Shown here piece after piece: positions 40,531 to 50,107 of a stretch of 64,000 nt of DNA. Numbering within the stretch: position 1 is the stretch's first letter; each line of letters begins with the position of its first letter. The translations under genes and the position numbers were made by a program. Under the pieces are notes generated by a model. That model did no database searches. It had not been told where the DNA came from and saw only the letters and a program-made list of their open reading frames with translations. This DNA is from Anaerolineae bacterium (GTDB taxonomy: Bacteria > Chloroflexota > Anaerolineae > Aggregatilineales > J027), in NCBI GenBank assembly GCA_021463865.1, contig JAJTXY010000018.1, positions 1,971 through 65,970 of the forward strand, in the 5' to 3' direction.

Positions 40531-41483
40531 GAGGGATGCAATAACCTTTCCGCCGTAAACCGATCTGTAATCAGGATATTTATCCATTTTCCTTGTAGCG
40601 CACCGTGAATAGCCGCTGTTTTGCGTTGTCCGCCTGCCAGCCCTACTGTCCGCTCCACGCAGCGCAATTGATCTAAACTGATTGCAATCACGCGGTCAGT
40701 TAGCCCTGTGCGAACGGGGTTTCCATCCGCATCGAAAAATTGCAGACAGATATCTCCAACGGCCCCGGCGTTTTTCAAAAATTCCAACTCATCCGTCGAG
40801 AAGGTATTCCCGCTGCTGGCAAGCATGTATGATGGTTCAACGCCACCAATGCCAACCAAAGCCAATGTCATATGGTCAAATAAATCCACCACTGCTTTTA
40901 CATAGGGGTCTTCCAGCAAAATTTGTCGGGCTTCCATCGAACCCACCACACCGGGTGCCAGTAAAAAACGAGCGCTGCCATTTATTAAGCGGGACAAGCG
41001 TTCGTTTAGACGATTGGCGTGGATCGCGGCTTCAGGATTTCCCAAACCGCCCAAAATTTGGACGACCTGTACATCCAATTTGCGGGAAAGGGGGTGCATC
41101 GCCTCAACCATTTGCAGCAACGTTGAACTCCATGAGGAAATGCCGATAATTTCATTCTTTTTGAGGGTACTTTCAACATAAAATGCGGCTGCTCCGCCAA
41201 TAGCCCGCTTAATATATTCATCGTCATCTTGCAAACAATGGGCAATAATGACTTCTTTTAGGCCGAATACCGCGCGGAGTTCTTCTTCCAAATCAGCATA
41301 AACGCCCACTGGCATACTGACCGTAGTACGCACAATTTTTTCATCTTCGGCGCGTTTGAGGAGGCGTGAGATGGTCGCTTGCGAGACATCCAGTTGTTGA
41401 GCAATCTCGGATTGCTTCATCTGGCGCTCATAGTAGAGATGCGCGATTTTTGCCATCAAGCGCAGTTCTTCAAGCTGAGTCAT
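40527..41483 (-). CDS. SorC/DeoR-family sugar-binding transcriptional regulator
   Basis: 318 aa. HTH 'QSEIAQQLDVSQATISRLLKRA' plus a SorC-type effector domain. Confidence 0.85.
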   Translation of the reverse strand: MTQLEELRLMAKIAHLYYERQMKQSEIAQQLDVSQATISRLLKRAEDEKIVRTTVSMPVGVYADLEEELRAVFGLKEVIIAHCLQDDDEYIKRAIGGAAAFYVESTLKKNEIIGISSWSSTLLQMVEAMHPLSRKLDVQVVQILGGLGNPEAAIHANRLNERLSRLINGSARFLLAPGVVGSMEARQILLEDPYVKAVVDLFDHMTLALVGIGGVEPSYMLASSGNTFSTDELEFLKNAGAVGDICLQFFDADGNPVRTGLTDRVIAISLDQLRCVERTVGLAGGQRKTAAIHGALQGKWINILITDRFTAERLLHPS

Positions 41484-41519
41484 CGCGGTTAGTCTTTAAT
41501 TTAAACTCTTAGCTCAATC

Positions 41520-41555
41520 TTGAATAAAAATTCACAACTGAAAATATATTCAAGA
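41520..41555. promoter_or_regulatory. candidate operator: 8-bp perfect inverted repeat upstream of the sugar operon
   Basis: CTTGAATA (41520-41527) and TATTCAAG (41548-41555) are separated by 20 nt, 37 nt upstream of the SorC-family gene start. An extra ATTCAA half-site follows. Confidence 0.35.
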
Positions 41556-41979
41556 TCATTCAACAATATCGCGCTTCATTAAACTTGTCAAGCAAAAAGT
41601 AATCTATTTGGGGTGCAAAATGTCACACTAGGCTACGACCAAATCACGCATTACCACATTTCTCCGCTCTAACGGTCATCCGAGGTCTTTCCATTATGGT
41701 TCTCAACCATAAATTGATAACTGCCCAGTCTGTTGAAAAAGCCCGGGTCCAACAATTTTGATACGGATTTTCGCCGCTAAACTAGGCAATTTACTCTTGA
41801 AATGGAGTAGAGAGGCTTGATTTTGGCCCCCTTGTAGCTCTCTTGTCGACTTTTTCAATAGGCTGGGTGGTTACGGATTCCCTTGTGGCTTATATAATTA
41901 TAGATCGTATATTCTGAAATTTTTACCATCCCCTCATGTGAGAAATTTGGGCCAAAAACATCAATTCCGAAAGATTCTA

Positions 41980-42190
41980 TGCTACAATGACCTCTATACA
42001 GTAAATCCGTCATGCAATTTGTGAACGAACTATGGAAAATCAACCACTGAGAATAACTGGAATGATGATGCAAAGCCCGCGCTGGTTGGGGTCGAGAAAT
42101 GCTCGACGCTGGCATTTTGGGCGTGGATAGCCCATCACCAGCTAAGTCAGTGCGGAACCGTCGGACAAATTCTCCGGCGGTTTTTTATTT
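41980..42190 (+). promoter_or_regulatory. metG leader: extended -10 promoter, 32-codon ORF with MMM, hairpin, intrinsic terminator
   Basis: TGCTACAAT at 41980-41988. ORF 42032-42130 encodes MENQPLRITGMMMQSPRWLGSRNARRWHFGRG*. Hairpin GTCGAG/CTCGAC lies at 42091-42107. Terminator CCGTCGGA-7 nt-TCCGGCGG plus TTTTTTATTT lies at 42158-42190. Confidence 0.5.
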
Positions 42191-42312
42191 CCCATAGGCG
42201 TGGTCGTCCATTTTCAGGCCCGCCACATGTCAAGAGGACAAATCATGGTCTGTTCGCAAAGCTGTTCGTTCGTTAAAATGCACAGGAGACTTGCAAAGGA
42301 GCAACCCAACCC

Positions 42313-44085
42313 ATGAGTGATTTTATTCACGTTTCCGTCGCATGGCCCTATGTGAATGGCGATCTACACGCCGGACACGTCGCGGGGTCGTTTCTGCCCG
42401 CCGATATTTTTGCCCGCTATCATCGTCTCAAAGGCAATCATACCTTGATGGTCAGCGGCTCTGACACGCATGGCACACCGATCATGGTCGAGGCCGATGC
42501 ACAGGGCATCACTCCCCGCGAGTTGTTTGAGAAATATCATGTGCGCTTTCTAGACACGCTCAAGCGTTCTGGCATGAGCTTTGATTTGTATACCCATACC
42601 GACACTGAGAATCATCACCGCATCGCACAGGATATTTTCACCCTGCTGCTGGAGCGTGGTTATCTCTATCCTGAAGAACAAGAACGCCTCTACAGCACCA
42701 CCGAGAATCGCTTCTTGGAAGATCGGTATGTCGAAGGCATCTGCCCGGTCTGCAGCTATGAAAATGCACGCGGCGATCAATGTGATAACTGTGGTAGCCT
42801 ACTCAACGCCACTGACTTGATTAACCCTCGCAGCAAACGCGATGGTAGCACCCCCGTCCGTCGCAGCACCACCCACTACTTTTTTGACCTCGGCAAATTC
42901 CGCGAACCCCTAACCGAATATCTGGAAAAAGGGCGCGATTACTGGCGTGAGAATGTGCTGAACGAGTCTCTCAGCAAAGTACCAGAGCAGCGCGGACGGC
43001 CCATGACCCGTGATGTAAATTGGGGTATCAAAGTGCCAATTGACGATCCTGCATGGTCGGAAAAACGCCTGTATGTGTGGTTCGAGGCCTTGATGGGCTA
43101 TTTCACAGCCAGCATTGAGTGGGCGCATAACAATGGACAGCCGGACGCATGGAAGCAGTGGTGGTATAACCCGCAAGCCCGTGTCTACAATTTCTTGGGC
43201 AAGGACAATATCATCTTCCATACGATCATTTGGCCTGCCGAATTGTTGGGCATCAGTGGTATTTATAATGAGGGCGACCCGACCCCCATTAACCTGCCCT
43301 ATGATGTACCTGCCAATCAATATCTCAATTTGGAAGATCGCAAACTCTCCAAGAGTCGCAAGTGGTTTATCACCATGCCGGATTTGTTGGATGCTTATGA
43401 TCCTGACGCGGTGCGCTACTATCTAACGGTGGTCATGCCTGAAAATCGGGATAGCGATTGGAAATGGGATGATTTTGTCGCCCGTAACAATAACGAACTC
43501 TTGGCAAAATGGGGCAATCTGGTCAACCGCGTGCTGAAATTCGCCTATAAACATTGGGAAGGTGTCGTGCCCACCCCCGACGACCTGCGTGATTTTGACC
43601 GTGAAATCCTCGCCAAGATCGAAGCTGGGTTTGAAAGTGTCGGTCAGCGCTTGGAGGCTGTCAAATTACGGGATGCCCTGAGTGAAGCGATGCGCTTGGC
43701 ATCAGAGGTCAATGCCTATCTCGACGGGGCACCATGGTTCGGCGACGCGATTAAGCAGGATAAACAGGCCGCCGCAACGACGATTTATACTGCCCTGCGC
43801 TGCATTGATAATCTGAAAATCCTGTTTGCGCCGTTCCTGCCATTCACCTCCGAGAAGGTGCATAGCTATCTGGGGTATGATGCGCCGCTGTTTGGTGAAC
43901 AGATTATCACCGAATACCAAGAAACCACCCGTTCGCACCAAGCCCTGATTTATGATGGCAGCCGTGCGGTGGGTCACTGGGAAAAGAGCACGCTGCAACC
44001 CGGTCAAAAACTGCGTGAACCGGAGGCACTTATCAAGAAATTGGATGCCTCGGTCGTCGAAGCCGAACGTGCGAAACTTGGCTGA
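42313..44085 (+). CDS. metG: methionine--tRNA ligase
   Basis: 590 aa. 'VNGDLHAGH' (HIGH-type) and 'KLSKSRK' (KMSKS). Zn knuckles 'CPVCSYENARGDQCDNCG'. AAGGAG lies 12 nt upstream. Confidence 0.95.
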   Translation: MSDFIHVSVAWPYVNGDLHAGHVAGSFLPADIFARYHRLKGNHTLMVSGSDTHGTPIMVEADAQGITPRELFEKYHVRFLDTLKRSGMSFDLYTHTDTENHHRIAQDIFTLLLERGYLYPEEQERLYSTTENRFLEDRYVEGICPVCSYENARGDQCDNCGSLLNATDLINPRSKRDGSTPVRRSTTHYFFDLGKFREPLTEYLEKGRDYWRENVLNESLSKVPEQRGRPMTRDVNWGIKVPIDDPAWSEKRLYVWFEALMGYFTASIEWAHNNGQPDAWKQWWYNPQARVYNFLGKDNIIFHTIIWPAELLGISGIYNEGDPTPINLPYDVPANQYLNLEDRKLSKSRKWFITMPDLLDAYDPDAVRYYLTVVMPENRDSDWKWDDFVARNNNELLAKWGNLVNRVLKFAYKHWEGVVPTPDDLRDFDREILAKIEAGFESVGQRLEAVKLRDALSEAMRLASEVNAYLDGAPWFGDAIKQDKQAAATTIYTALRCIDNLKILFAPFLPFTSEKVHSYLGYDAPLFGEQIITEYQETTRSHQALIYDGSRAVGHWEKSTLQPGQKLREPEALIKKLDASVVEAERAKLG

Positions 44086-44099
44086 CGAAATTAGATGGA

Positions 44100-44126
44100 A
44101 TAGGGGCGACGTGCCCCTATTTTTTC
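44100..44126 (+). terminator. rho-independent terminator of metG
   Basis: ATAGGGGC-gacgt-GCCCCTAT followed by TTTTT, 15 nt after the stop codon. Confidence 0.75.
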
Positions 44127-44288
44127 AAAAAGGATTGCCAATTTGCTCGATATTATTTTGGGGCTGGGGTCGCGCCTGCTGTGTATCTGTGCCTTCTATG
44201 CATGGATTCCCGTATTGATCGTTGCCTATATCCAATGGAAAATGCGCGGCTCCCCCACTGATACACCACCCACCGGAAAACCGAAATC

Positions 44289-45755
44289 ATGATCCTAACC
44301 ACTCGCCGCACTCAATCAATCGAATATGGCCTCTTGGCATTGATTGTCATTCTCTATCTGGCCCTTGCCTATGGATATGCCACCCGCACCCCCGCATGGC
44401 AAGTCCCCGACGAACCGGCCCATTACAACTACATCCGCCAAATCGTGGAGACGGGTGATTTACCCGTGATTGAAATGGGGGATTGGGATTCGGCCTATTT
44501 GGATCAACTCAAAGGCAGCGGCTTTGACCCCGCCATGACTCAACATATTGACCGCGTGCAGTACGAAGACCATCAACCGCCGCTTTATTATCTGGTGCAG
44601 TCGGTTGTCTATCGCCTATCCGATGGTGATCTGGAAACGATGCGTGTATTTTCGGCGATCATGGGCGCAGGGGTCATTATCTGCGCGTGGGCCATTCTGC
44701 GACAGTTGTTTCCCTATCATGAATGGATTGGGTTAAGTGCGGCGGCTTTTATCGCCTTTATCCCCCAACGCTTGGCAATTATGAGTGGGGTCAGCAACGA
44801 CTCCCTTGCCGAAACGATAGCAGCACTGGTACTGCTGGTGATCACAATGTATCTGATTCCTCGCCAGTCCGATGCGAAACCCGCTTCACAAAATTGGGCA
44901 GGTCTTAGCCCTGCCCCTACCCACGAACAGGCGCTTCGTAGGGGTCAGTCTGAGCCTGACCCTGCTGATAGATACTTGGCAACAAAGCATATCAAGCTGG
45001 CTTTTGGGTTGGGCCTATTGGTCGGGCTGGCCTTTCTGACCAAAACCACTGTGTATTATGTTGCGGCAGTGGCAGGTTTAGCAGTCCTGTGGCGCTGCTG
45101 GCATGAAAAATGGCCGCTGAAGAAATCCCTACCTCACCTACTGGCATTCGGTCTACCCGCCTTAATGCTTGGTGGCATCTGGTGGGTACATGGCATCCAA
45201 ACCTACGGCGGTACGGATATTTTAGGATTACAACGCCATGATAAAGTCGTAGTAGGCCAGCTTCGTACCGAGGATTACATCGAAAAAGAATTGGGGGGTA
45301 GCCAGCAAGAGTATTGGGAAAACCTCGTCAAAACGACCTATCACAGCTTTTGGGGCCAGTTGGGTTGGATGGCTCTGCCTATGTCCAATCGAATTTATCA
45401 GGGGATTGGCCTTATGCTGCTGGTCGTACTGCTTGGCATATGCCTTTATGTGTGGCAGTCGGTGGGGTTCAAAAATCGGCGGTTTATTTTGGGGCTTTTT
45501 GCTCTTGGAACGACCCTAGTATTCGCACAATTTCTCATTTATAATAGAACATTCGTACAGTTTCAGGGGCGTTATCTGTATCCGGCCTTAATTCCGATGG
45601 CGATTGGTACAGCCGTCGCGTTCTATGGATGGGCAGCATTGGCAGCGCGGTATACCAAATGGGCTTGGCTGCCACGTTTGGCGTTTTTAATCCCCCTCAG
45701 CCAGCTTGGGTTGGCGTGGTACGCGTTAAAACAGATTGTTCCCCTAATTCCATAG
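44289..45755 (+). CDS. GT-C fold glycosyltransferase (family 39 / ArnT-PMT_2 like)
   Basis: 488 aa polytopic protein. The first-loop acidic motif 'VPDEPAHYNY' is typical of ArnT/PMT-type enzymes. Confidence 0.7.
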   Translation: MILTTRRTQSIEYGLLALIVILYLALAYGYATRTPAWQVPDEPAHYNYIRQIVETGDLPVIEMGDWDSAYLDQLKGSGFDPAMTQHIDRVQYEDHQPPLYYLVQSVVYRLSDGDLETMRVFSAIMGAGVIICAWAILRQLFPYHEWIGLSAAAFIAFIPQRLAIMSGVSNDSLAETIAALVLLVITMYLIPRQSDAKPASQNWAGLSPAPTHEQALRRGQSEPDPADRYLATKHIKLAFGLGLLVGLAFLTKTTVYYVAAVAGLAVLWRCWHEKWPLKKSLPHLLAFGLPALMLGGIWWVHGIQTYGGTDILGLQRHDKVVVGQLRTEDYIEKELGGSQQEYWENLVKTTYHSFWGQLGWMALPMSNRIYQGIGLMLLVVLLGICLYVWQSVGFKNRRFILGLFALGTTLVFAQFLIYNRTFVQFQGRYLYPALIPMAIGTAVAFYGWAALAARYTKWAWLPRLAFLIPLSQLGLAWYALKQIVPLIP

Positions 45756-45760
45756 CTGCA

Positions 45761-46123
45761 TTAACTGGCAGCGGCATATTGATCAACGAGATTGAGCAGT
45801 TGCGCCATCTCAAAGGGCTTCATTAAGAAGTCGTTACAGCCTGCTTCCAGCGCTCTCTTCTTATCGGCCATCATGTTAAAGATGGTGACTAGAATGATGG
45901 GAGTATCAACGCCGTCATGACGAAGCTGCCGCACCAAATCTAAGCCAGAGGTTTTGGTCTTGAGATGTACATCCATAAAAATCAGATCAGGTTGACTCTC
46001 ATGAATCGCGGTATACCCATCTTCAGCATTGTCATACAACTCAATTTCAATATTGCGTTTACTCAACATCCGGCACAGCAACCGCTGATTGTTCGCATTG
46101 TCCTCGATATAAACCACTTTCAC
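45761..46123 (-). CDS. single-domain response regulator (CheY-like receiver)
   Basis: Receiver motifs 'IEDN', 'DLIFMDVHL', 'ILVT', 'LMKPF'. Likely GTG start is 7 nt after GGAGG. The ORF-track start at 46171 is probably too far upstream. Confidence 0.8.
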   Translation of the reverse strand: MKVVYIEDNANNQRLLCRMLSKRNIEIELYDNAEDGYTAIHESQPDLIFMDVHLKTKTSGLDLVRQLRHDGVDTPIILVTIFNMMADKKRALEAGCNDFLMKPFEMAQLLNLVDQYAAAS

Positions 46124-46266
46124 GGAACGACCTCCACATTGTTTTACCGTTGTTTCACATCCATACATCAACTCTATCTTAATTCATTATACTGGAAACT
46201 TATGCGTTCACCTAGAGTATTCACAATTTCTTCATAAATCATCAATGGAATAGATGTGAGGAAATC

Positions 46267-46722
46267 ATGTCAGAGCTAAAACACACCGATTTTATGAAGG
46301 GCCTAGCAGAGCTTATTCCAGAGTACCTGCCCGCCAAATATCGTCGTTTCCGTTTAGGAGAGACACGCTGGTTCTTCCAAGTCTATTTTGGTCGAGATCG
46401 CCATATTCATTATGAAGTATCCCGTGCCAATGCAGTATGTGGCAGGATGTTGGAAGTCGGACTGCATTTTGAAAGCCGCGATAAAGCCCGCAATCAGTTT
46501 TTGCTAGACACCTATAGGCGTTATATACTCGAACTACGCGAGACATTAGGGGAAGGATTGGTGGCCGAGGAGTGGGACAGAGGCTGGACAAAAGTCTATG
46601 AAGCCTATCCCAGCGAAACCTTGACCCCAGAGATACAATCCTTCGCCGCCCAGCGCTTGGCTGCGGTTATTGCTGTAATGCAGCCTTTATTTGAATTCAT
46701 AATGGTGGGAGAAAAACGTTAA
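46267..46722 (+). CDS. hypothetical protein
   Basis: 151 aa with no motif recognised. It ends 2 nt before the phosphoribosyltransferase gene. Confidence 0.5.
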   Translation: MSELKHTDFMKGLAELIPEYLPAKYRRFRLGETRWFFQVYFGRDRHIHYEVSRANAVCGRMLEVGLHFESRDKARNQFLLDTYRRYILELRETLGEGLVAEEWDRGWTKVYEAYPSETLTPEIQSFAAQRLAAVIAVMQPLFEFIMVGEKR

Positions 46723-46724
46723 TT

Positions 46725-47288
46725 ATGGCCGACGAACCACGTGAAGTTTTTAAAGTGAATGTCGCTGGGGTAGAGCGCGATTTACCTTTATTTGAGGTCG
46801 CACCGGGAATTCGGATTGCCATTCTCAATATTTTGGGAGACAACGAACTGGTTGAGGCCGCCTCCAAAGGGCTTGCCGAAGAACTTGCCGATCTTGGCCC
46901 GGAAATGTTGGTAACGCCGGAAGCCAAAAGCATCCCACTGATTTATGCCTTAAGCAAGGTTATGGATGTGCCTTACGCAGTATTACGTAAGGACTATAAG
47001 CCTTATATGGGGAAAGCACTCAAGGCCGAGACGCTGTCCATCACTACCGGAAAAACCCAGACGCTCTATTTGGACGAAAGAGACATCAAAAACATCACCG
47101 GGCGACGGGTAGCGCTCATTGATGATGTCATCAGTACCGGCAGTACCCTTCAGGCTATGCGCATCTTGATGGAAAAAGCTGGGGCCGAAATTATTGCCGA
47201 GGCTGCCATTTTTACCGAAGGCGATCAGGCCAAGTGGACAAACGTCAAAGCACTAGGCCATCTGCCCGTGTTTGTAGATAAAAAATAG
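46725..47288 (+). CDS. type I phosphoribosyltransferase (purine/adenine PRT-like)
   Basis: 187 aa with PRPP loop 'RVALIDDVISTGSTL'. Confidence 0.75.
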   Translation: MADEPREVFKVNVAGVERDLPLFEVAPGIRIAILNILGDNELVEAASKGLAEELADLGPEMLVTPEAKSIPLIYALSKVMDVPYAVLRKDYKPYMGKALKAETLSITTGKTQTLYLDERDIKNITGRRVALIDDVISTGSTLQAMRILMEKAGAEIIAEAAIFTEGDQAKWTNVKALGHLPVFVDKK

Positions 47289-47291
47289 CTT

Positions 47292-47948
47292 TTAGAGAGG
47301 CAACGTCAGCAAATCACTAAGTCGCTGAATGGTGTGGTGTGGCCTAATGGCAAGATCATTCGGCCACGCGAGATGGGCCACCCGCCAAATGGCCGTCATA
47401 CCTGATTGGGCTGCACCCATCACATCTCGAACTGGATGATCGCCTACAAAAATGCAGCTTGGGAGTGGTGTGGATAATTGTTCAGCGGCTTGTTGAAAAA
47501 TCAGTGGGTCGGGTTTGCTGACCCCCACCTGCTCCGAAATCAGTGCCACGTCTACAATTTCTTGCAAACCCGTCGCTTCCAATTTGCCACTTTGCATGGT
47601 GGTTGACCCATTGGTAATGATGCCTAGTTTGTATCCACGCTCCCGAAAAACCGATAACACATGCCGTGCATCCTCGAATAGCTGCGCGACTTGCCACGTC
47701 TGGCGGCGATAATCCCACAACATATCTTCTGAATCAGCCTCTATTTTAAATTCGGCAACCAGTGTTCGAAACAATTGATGCCGATCCGCATAGCCATGAT
47801 CATCCAATGTTTTAAAACGTTCTACATACGCTGCCAGAGGAGCATATTGAATCCCATACTTTTTGTATTGATGAGTCGCAATCGGTTCGATAGAGCCTTC
47901 GCGGTCAAGGAGAGTATCATCCAAATCAAAGAGAATGGCTTTTGACAT
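47292..47948 (-). CDS. HAD-superfamily hydrolase
   Basis: Motif I 'LFDLDDTLL', motif II 'ITNGS', motif IV 'VGDHPVRD'. Likely start is MSKAILF, which removes the overlap with the upstream gene. Confidence 0.8.
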   Translation of the reverse strand: MSKAILFDLDDTLLDREGSIEPIATHQYKKYGIQYAPLAAYVERFKTLDDHGYADRHQLFRTLVAEFKIEADSEDMLWDYRRQTWQVAQLFEDARHVLSVFRERGYKLGIITNGSTTMQSGKLEATGLQEIVDVALISEQVGVSKPDPLIFQQAAEQLSTPLPSCIFVGDHPVRDVMGAAQSGMTAIWRVAHLAWPNDLAIRPHHTIQRLSDLLTLPL

Positions 47949-47959
47949 GCAGGTGCTTT

Positions 47960-49159
47960 CTAAACAGTAAACTGTCCCAATTGTTCGGCAATCAATTCTT
48001 CCAGATACGGGGTCACGCGCCAAAAATTCTTGAGGTCAAGATATTCTTGGATGAAGCGTGGATCGCCGGGCTTGCTGGCTCTTACGGCCCGAATCATCAG
48101 ATTTTTAGCGGTATGTTCGCTGGAAACAAACTGCACCACGTCCGTTCGGTAGCCCATGATGCGCAGCAGCAGTGCCCGCAGCGAATCGGTCAAAATATCG
48201 CCCATGCGCTCATGCAAAATACCGTGTCGCATAACAGGCGTAAATGGTGACGGCGAAGGGTGAAAGCGAAGTTGCTCCTGTAAATGATGATGGCAGCAAG
48301 GGGCACAGATAATCAGGCGGCTTTCGGATTTAATGCCAAGCGCAATCGCATCGTCCGTCGCAGTATCACAAGCGTGCAGTGCCAACACAATGTCCGGGGT
48401 GGCTTCTGGCACAAATTCGCCGATACGTGTGACTCGAAAATTTAAACCCTCCCATCCGAGCGCTTTCGTTTTTTGGAAATGGCGGGTCAGCAGTTCGCGG
48501 TTAACATCAATCCCGGCCATCTCGACAGGCAGTTCCAAAACGTGGGTCAAATAATAATAGGCTGCGAACGTCAAATAGGCATTGCCACAGCCACAGTCCA
48601 CCACGTTGATAGTACGATTTAAATTGATGAGTTTGTCGAGTTCACCGACTTCCTGTACTAGGCGCAAAAATTCGTTGATCTGGCGGTATTTGCTCTGCAT
48701 ATCCGAGCGGATTTTGCCATCTTGGGTCATGATACCGACTGCTTGCAAATAGGGCGTCGCGGAATCGGGCGAGAGCATCACCGATTTTTCGCGGTCATGG
48801 CTGGTTTTGATGCGGCGTGGTTCATCGGCGCTAGAGCGATAAATTTTGGGTTTACCCTTTTTGCTGAGATTAATTTGGACATCGCCGTTAGTGGTCTGGA
48901 CATTAAAATTACGGAACGGCAGGGTGAGAACCTCATCCAATGTAACAATGGCTTCCTCACCCGCATAATTCTTGGTGATGTCACGTTTGTCATCAAAATA
49001 GGAGAATTGCAGATGGCGGAGGTTTTTGAGTTCGACGGGACGAATTACAATTTTTTGCCATCGTGAGGCCGCGCCAGTCTGATGGCCGCTAAAGGTCGCC
49101 CGAATAAAAATGGCCTCGTTGAGGATATTTTCGCGGATAATTTCACGATAATCTTCCAT
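47960..49159 (-). CDS. SAM-dependent methyltransferase with an N-terminal extra domain
   Basis: SAM loop 'VVDCGCGNAY'. Likely start is MEDYREII, with TAATG overlapping the upstream methyltransferase stop. A TTG at 49186 is also possible. Confidence 0.7.
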   Translation of the reverse strand: MEDYREIIRENILNEAIFIRATFSGHQTGAASRWQKIVIRPVELKNLRHLQFSYFDDKRDITKNYAGEEAIVTLDEVLTLPFRNFNVQTTNGDVQINLSKKGKPKIYRSSADEPRRIKTSHDREKSVMLSPDSATPYLQAVGIMTQDGKIRSDMQSKYRQINEFLRLVQEVGELDKLINLNRTINVVDCGCGNAYLTFAAYYYLTHVLELPVEMAGIDVNRELLTRHFQKTKALGWEGLNFRVTRIGEFVPEATPDIVLALHACDTATDDAIALGIKSESRLIICAPCCHHHLQEQLRFHPSPSPFTPVMRHGILHERMGDILTDSLRALLLRIMGYRTDVVQFVSSEHTAKNLMIRAVRASKPGDPRFIQEYLDLKNFWRVTPYLEELIAEQLGQFTV

Positions 49160-49902
49160 TACGCTAATTTCTCCAACACCAACCAATGTGATAAACCGAA
49201 CCAGCGGAACGGTGTTTTTTCCAATGTATAGAGGGTGTTTTGAATCAACTTACCCAGCGTGGGAGCACGTCGCACGATGTTGTCATAACCGCCGAAAATG
49301 CGGGTATGATGCACCACACGAACGGGCTGCCCATCAAATAGACGCCGAATCCCCCGCGCCGTATACGTGCGAACATGGGGGGCAAGTTTATTACGCCAGA
49401 GATCCGGCAAATAATTAATTAGAGGCGTGTTGCCAAAATGATATTGGCCCTTCCAATAATGCCCGTGCTGCTCCACCGGATACCAGCGATTGGGGCAAAA
49501 AATCATAATGCGTCCGCCGGGTTTGGTGACACGTACCAATTCAGCCGCCATCTGCTGGTCGTTATCCACATGCTCAATCACTTCGTTGGAGAATACTGCA
49601 TCAAAGTAATTATCAGGATAGGGAAATGCTTCGCCGCGTGCCACTACCGCATGGGGGACATGATATTGCGCCTCGGCGACACGCGCGAACTCGATTTCAA
49701 AGGCTTCAGCTTGGGCGTGGCAGCGTTCAATAAATTTAGCGGCATAAACGCCATTGCCACAGCCAGCATCCAATATCCGTTTATTTTCGAGATTAACCTG
49801 TGCCAAAACCATTTGCAGACGGCGTTCTTGCCCGCTGCGCCAGACATATGAAGGTTCGCCGCGTCGGGCAGCGAGGGGTGAAGGGTTGTGAATATCGTTC
49901 AT
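49159..49902 (-). CDS. class I SAM-dependent methyltransferase
   Basis: 247 aa. Motifs 'ILDAGCGNGVYA' and 'FDAVFSNEVIEH'. Confidence 0.8.
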   Translation of the reverse strand: MNDIHNPSPLAARRGEPSYVWRSGQERRLQMVLAQVNLENKRILDAGCGNGVYAAKFIERCHAQAEAFEIEFARVAEAQYHVPHAVVARGEAFPYPDNYFDAVFSNEVIEHVDNDQQMAAELVRVTKPGGRIMIFCPNRWYPVEQHGHYWKGQYHFGNTPLINYLPDLWRNKLAPHVRTYTARGIRRLFDGQPVRVVHHTRIFGGYDNIVRRAPTLGKLIQNTLYTLEKTPFRWFGLSHWLVLEKLA

Positions 49903-50107
49903 AGGGCAACATTTTGCGCGATGGGCGGGAATCTGACAAGGGCATTTGTCTTGGTCTAGTAGAGAATTAAAAACAGTGTTATCGCTCCCGTGCCCTACGA
50001 CGAGAGAGATAACACCGTTTAGAGTCGAGTAAAAGGTGTTGATGACTGTTTTCTGGATGGAACTTCTCTTAACTAACCACTGGCTTCCCTTTTACTCTGG
50101 TTTCAAA

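Noticed and set aside
41855-42115. 86-aa minus-strand ORF in the long gap upstream of metG
   Set aside because: It has no SD and an odd composition. It overlaps the + strand promoter, leader and terminator architecture, which explains the region better.
42120-42170. Confident T-box call from 'GUGCGGAACCGUCGG'
   Set aside because: The similarity to the T-box consensus is partial. The similar segment overlaps the terminator 5' arm rather than preceding it as in canonical T-boxes. I kept it only as one alternative within the metG leader finding.
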